Shown here piece by piece: positions 63,842-64,000 of a DNA stretch of 64,000 nucleotides (within the stretch, counting starts at the first letter, position 1; each line of letters starts with the position of its first letter). The stretch is from Moniliella sp. 'wahieum' (Eukaryota). The stretch covers positions 682,001 through 746,000 of the forward strand of contig RSEE01000008.1 in assembly GCA_003971905.1 (NCBI GenBank), in the 5' to 3' direction. The position numbers and the translations under genes are program-made. The notes beneath the pieces were generated by a model that saw only the letters and a list, made by a program, of their open reading frames with translations, was not told the origin of the DNA and did no database searches.

Positions 63842-64000
63842 AAGGCGACCCAGCGGGAGGGGTGCGAATAGAGAGGGTGTGCTGCTAGGGGATCCTGCCA
63901 TGCGCTGCGTCGGCTGCCCAGCTGCCCCGGATCATCCATCGACGCTTGGGCGGCGCCGTGCCAGCGAGTGGAGTGATGCGGGGCCTGGCCGGTGATCTGC

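Overview
GC-rich eukaryotic DNA from a fungus, most likely an intron-poor basidiomycete such as Ustilaginomycotina (inferred from short GT-AG introns with CTRAC-like branch points and from gene content). It holds about 20 protein genes: an FMP27/BLTP2 lipid-bridge protein, Mog1, a DHA1 MFS transporter, C2H2, bZIP and forkhead transcription factors, an adhesin-like protein, TMCO4/DUF726, a GH16 Crh-type transglycosylase, an ENA-type P-ATPase, AN1 and CHY zinc-finger proteins, a Ser/Thr-rich membrane protein, isocitrate lyase, an F-box-like protein, a HAL-family kinase, RPL2, a SET methyltransferase, an NRK1-like kinase and Aurora kinase. There is also an intron-containing tRNA-Ile(AAT). Many genes, including essential ones, carry single-base frameshifts in short homopolymers. 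These look like consensus errors, so gene ends are approximate. The most unusual signal is intergenic: clustered 7-nt units made of a TGA/TCA (or TAA/TTA) triplet plus a self-complementary 4-mer, using 12 different palindromic tetramers. Also present are a complete-looking 254-bp non-autonomous Helitron, a second weaker Helitron candidate, and a 66-nt duplicated hairpin/3'-splice-site module that forms an AG|GT junction.
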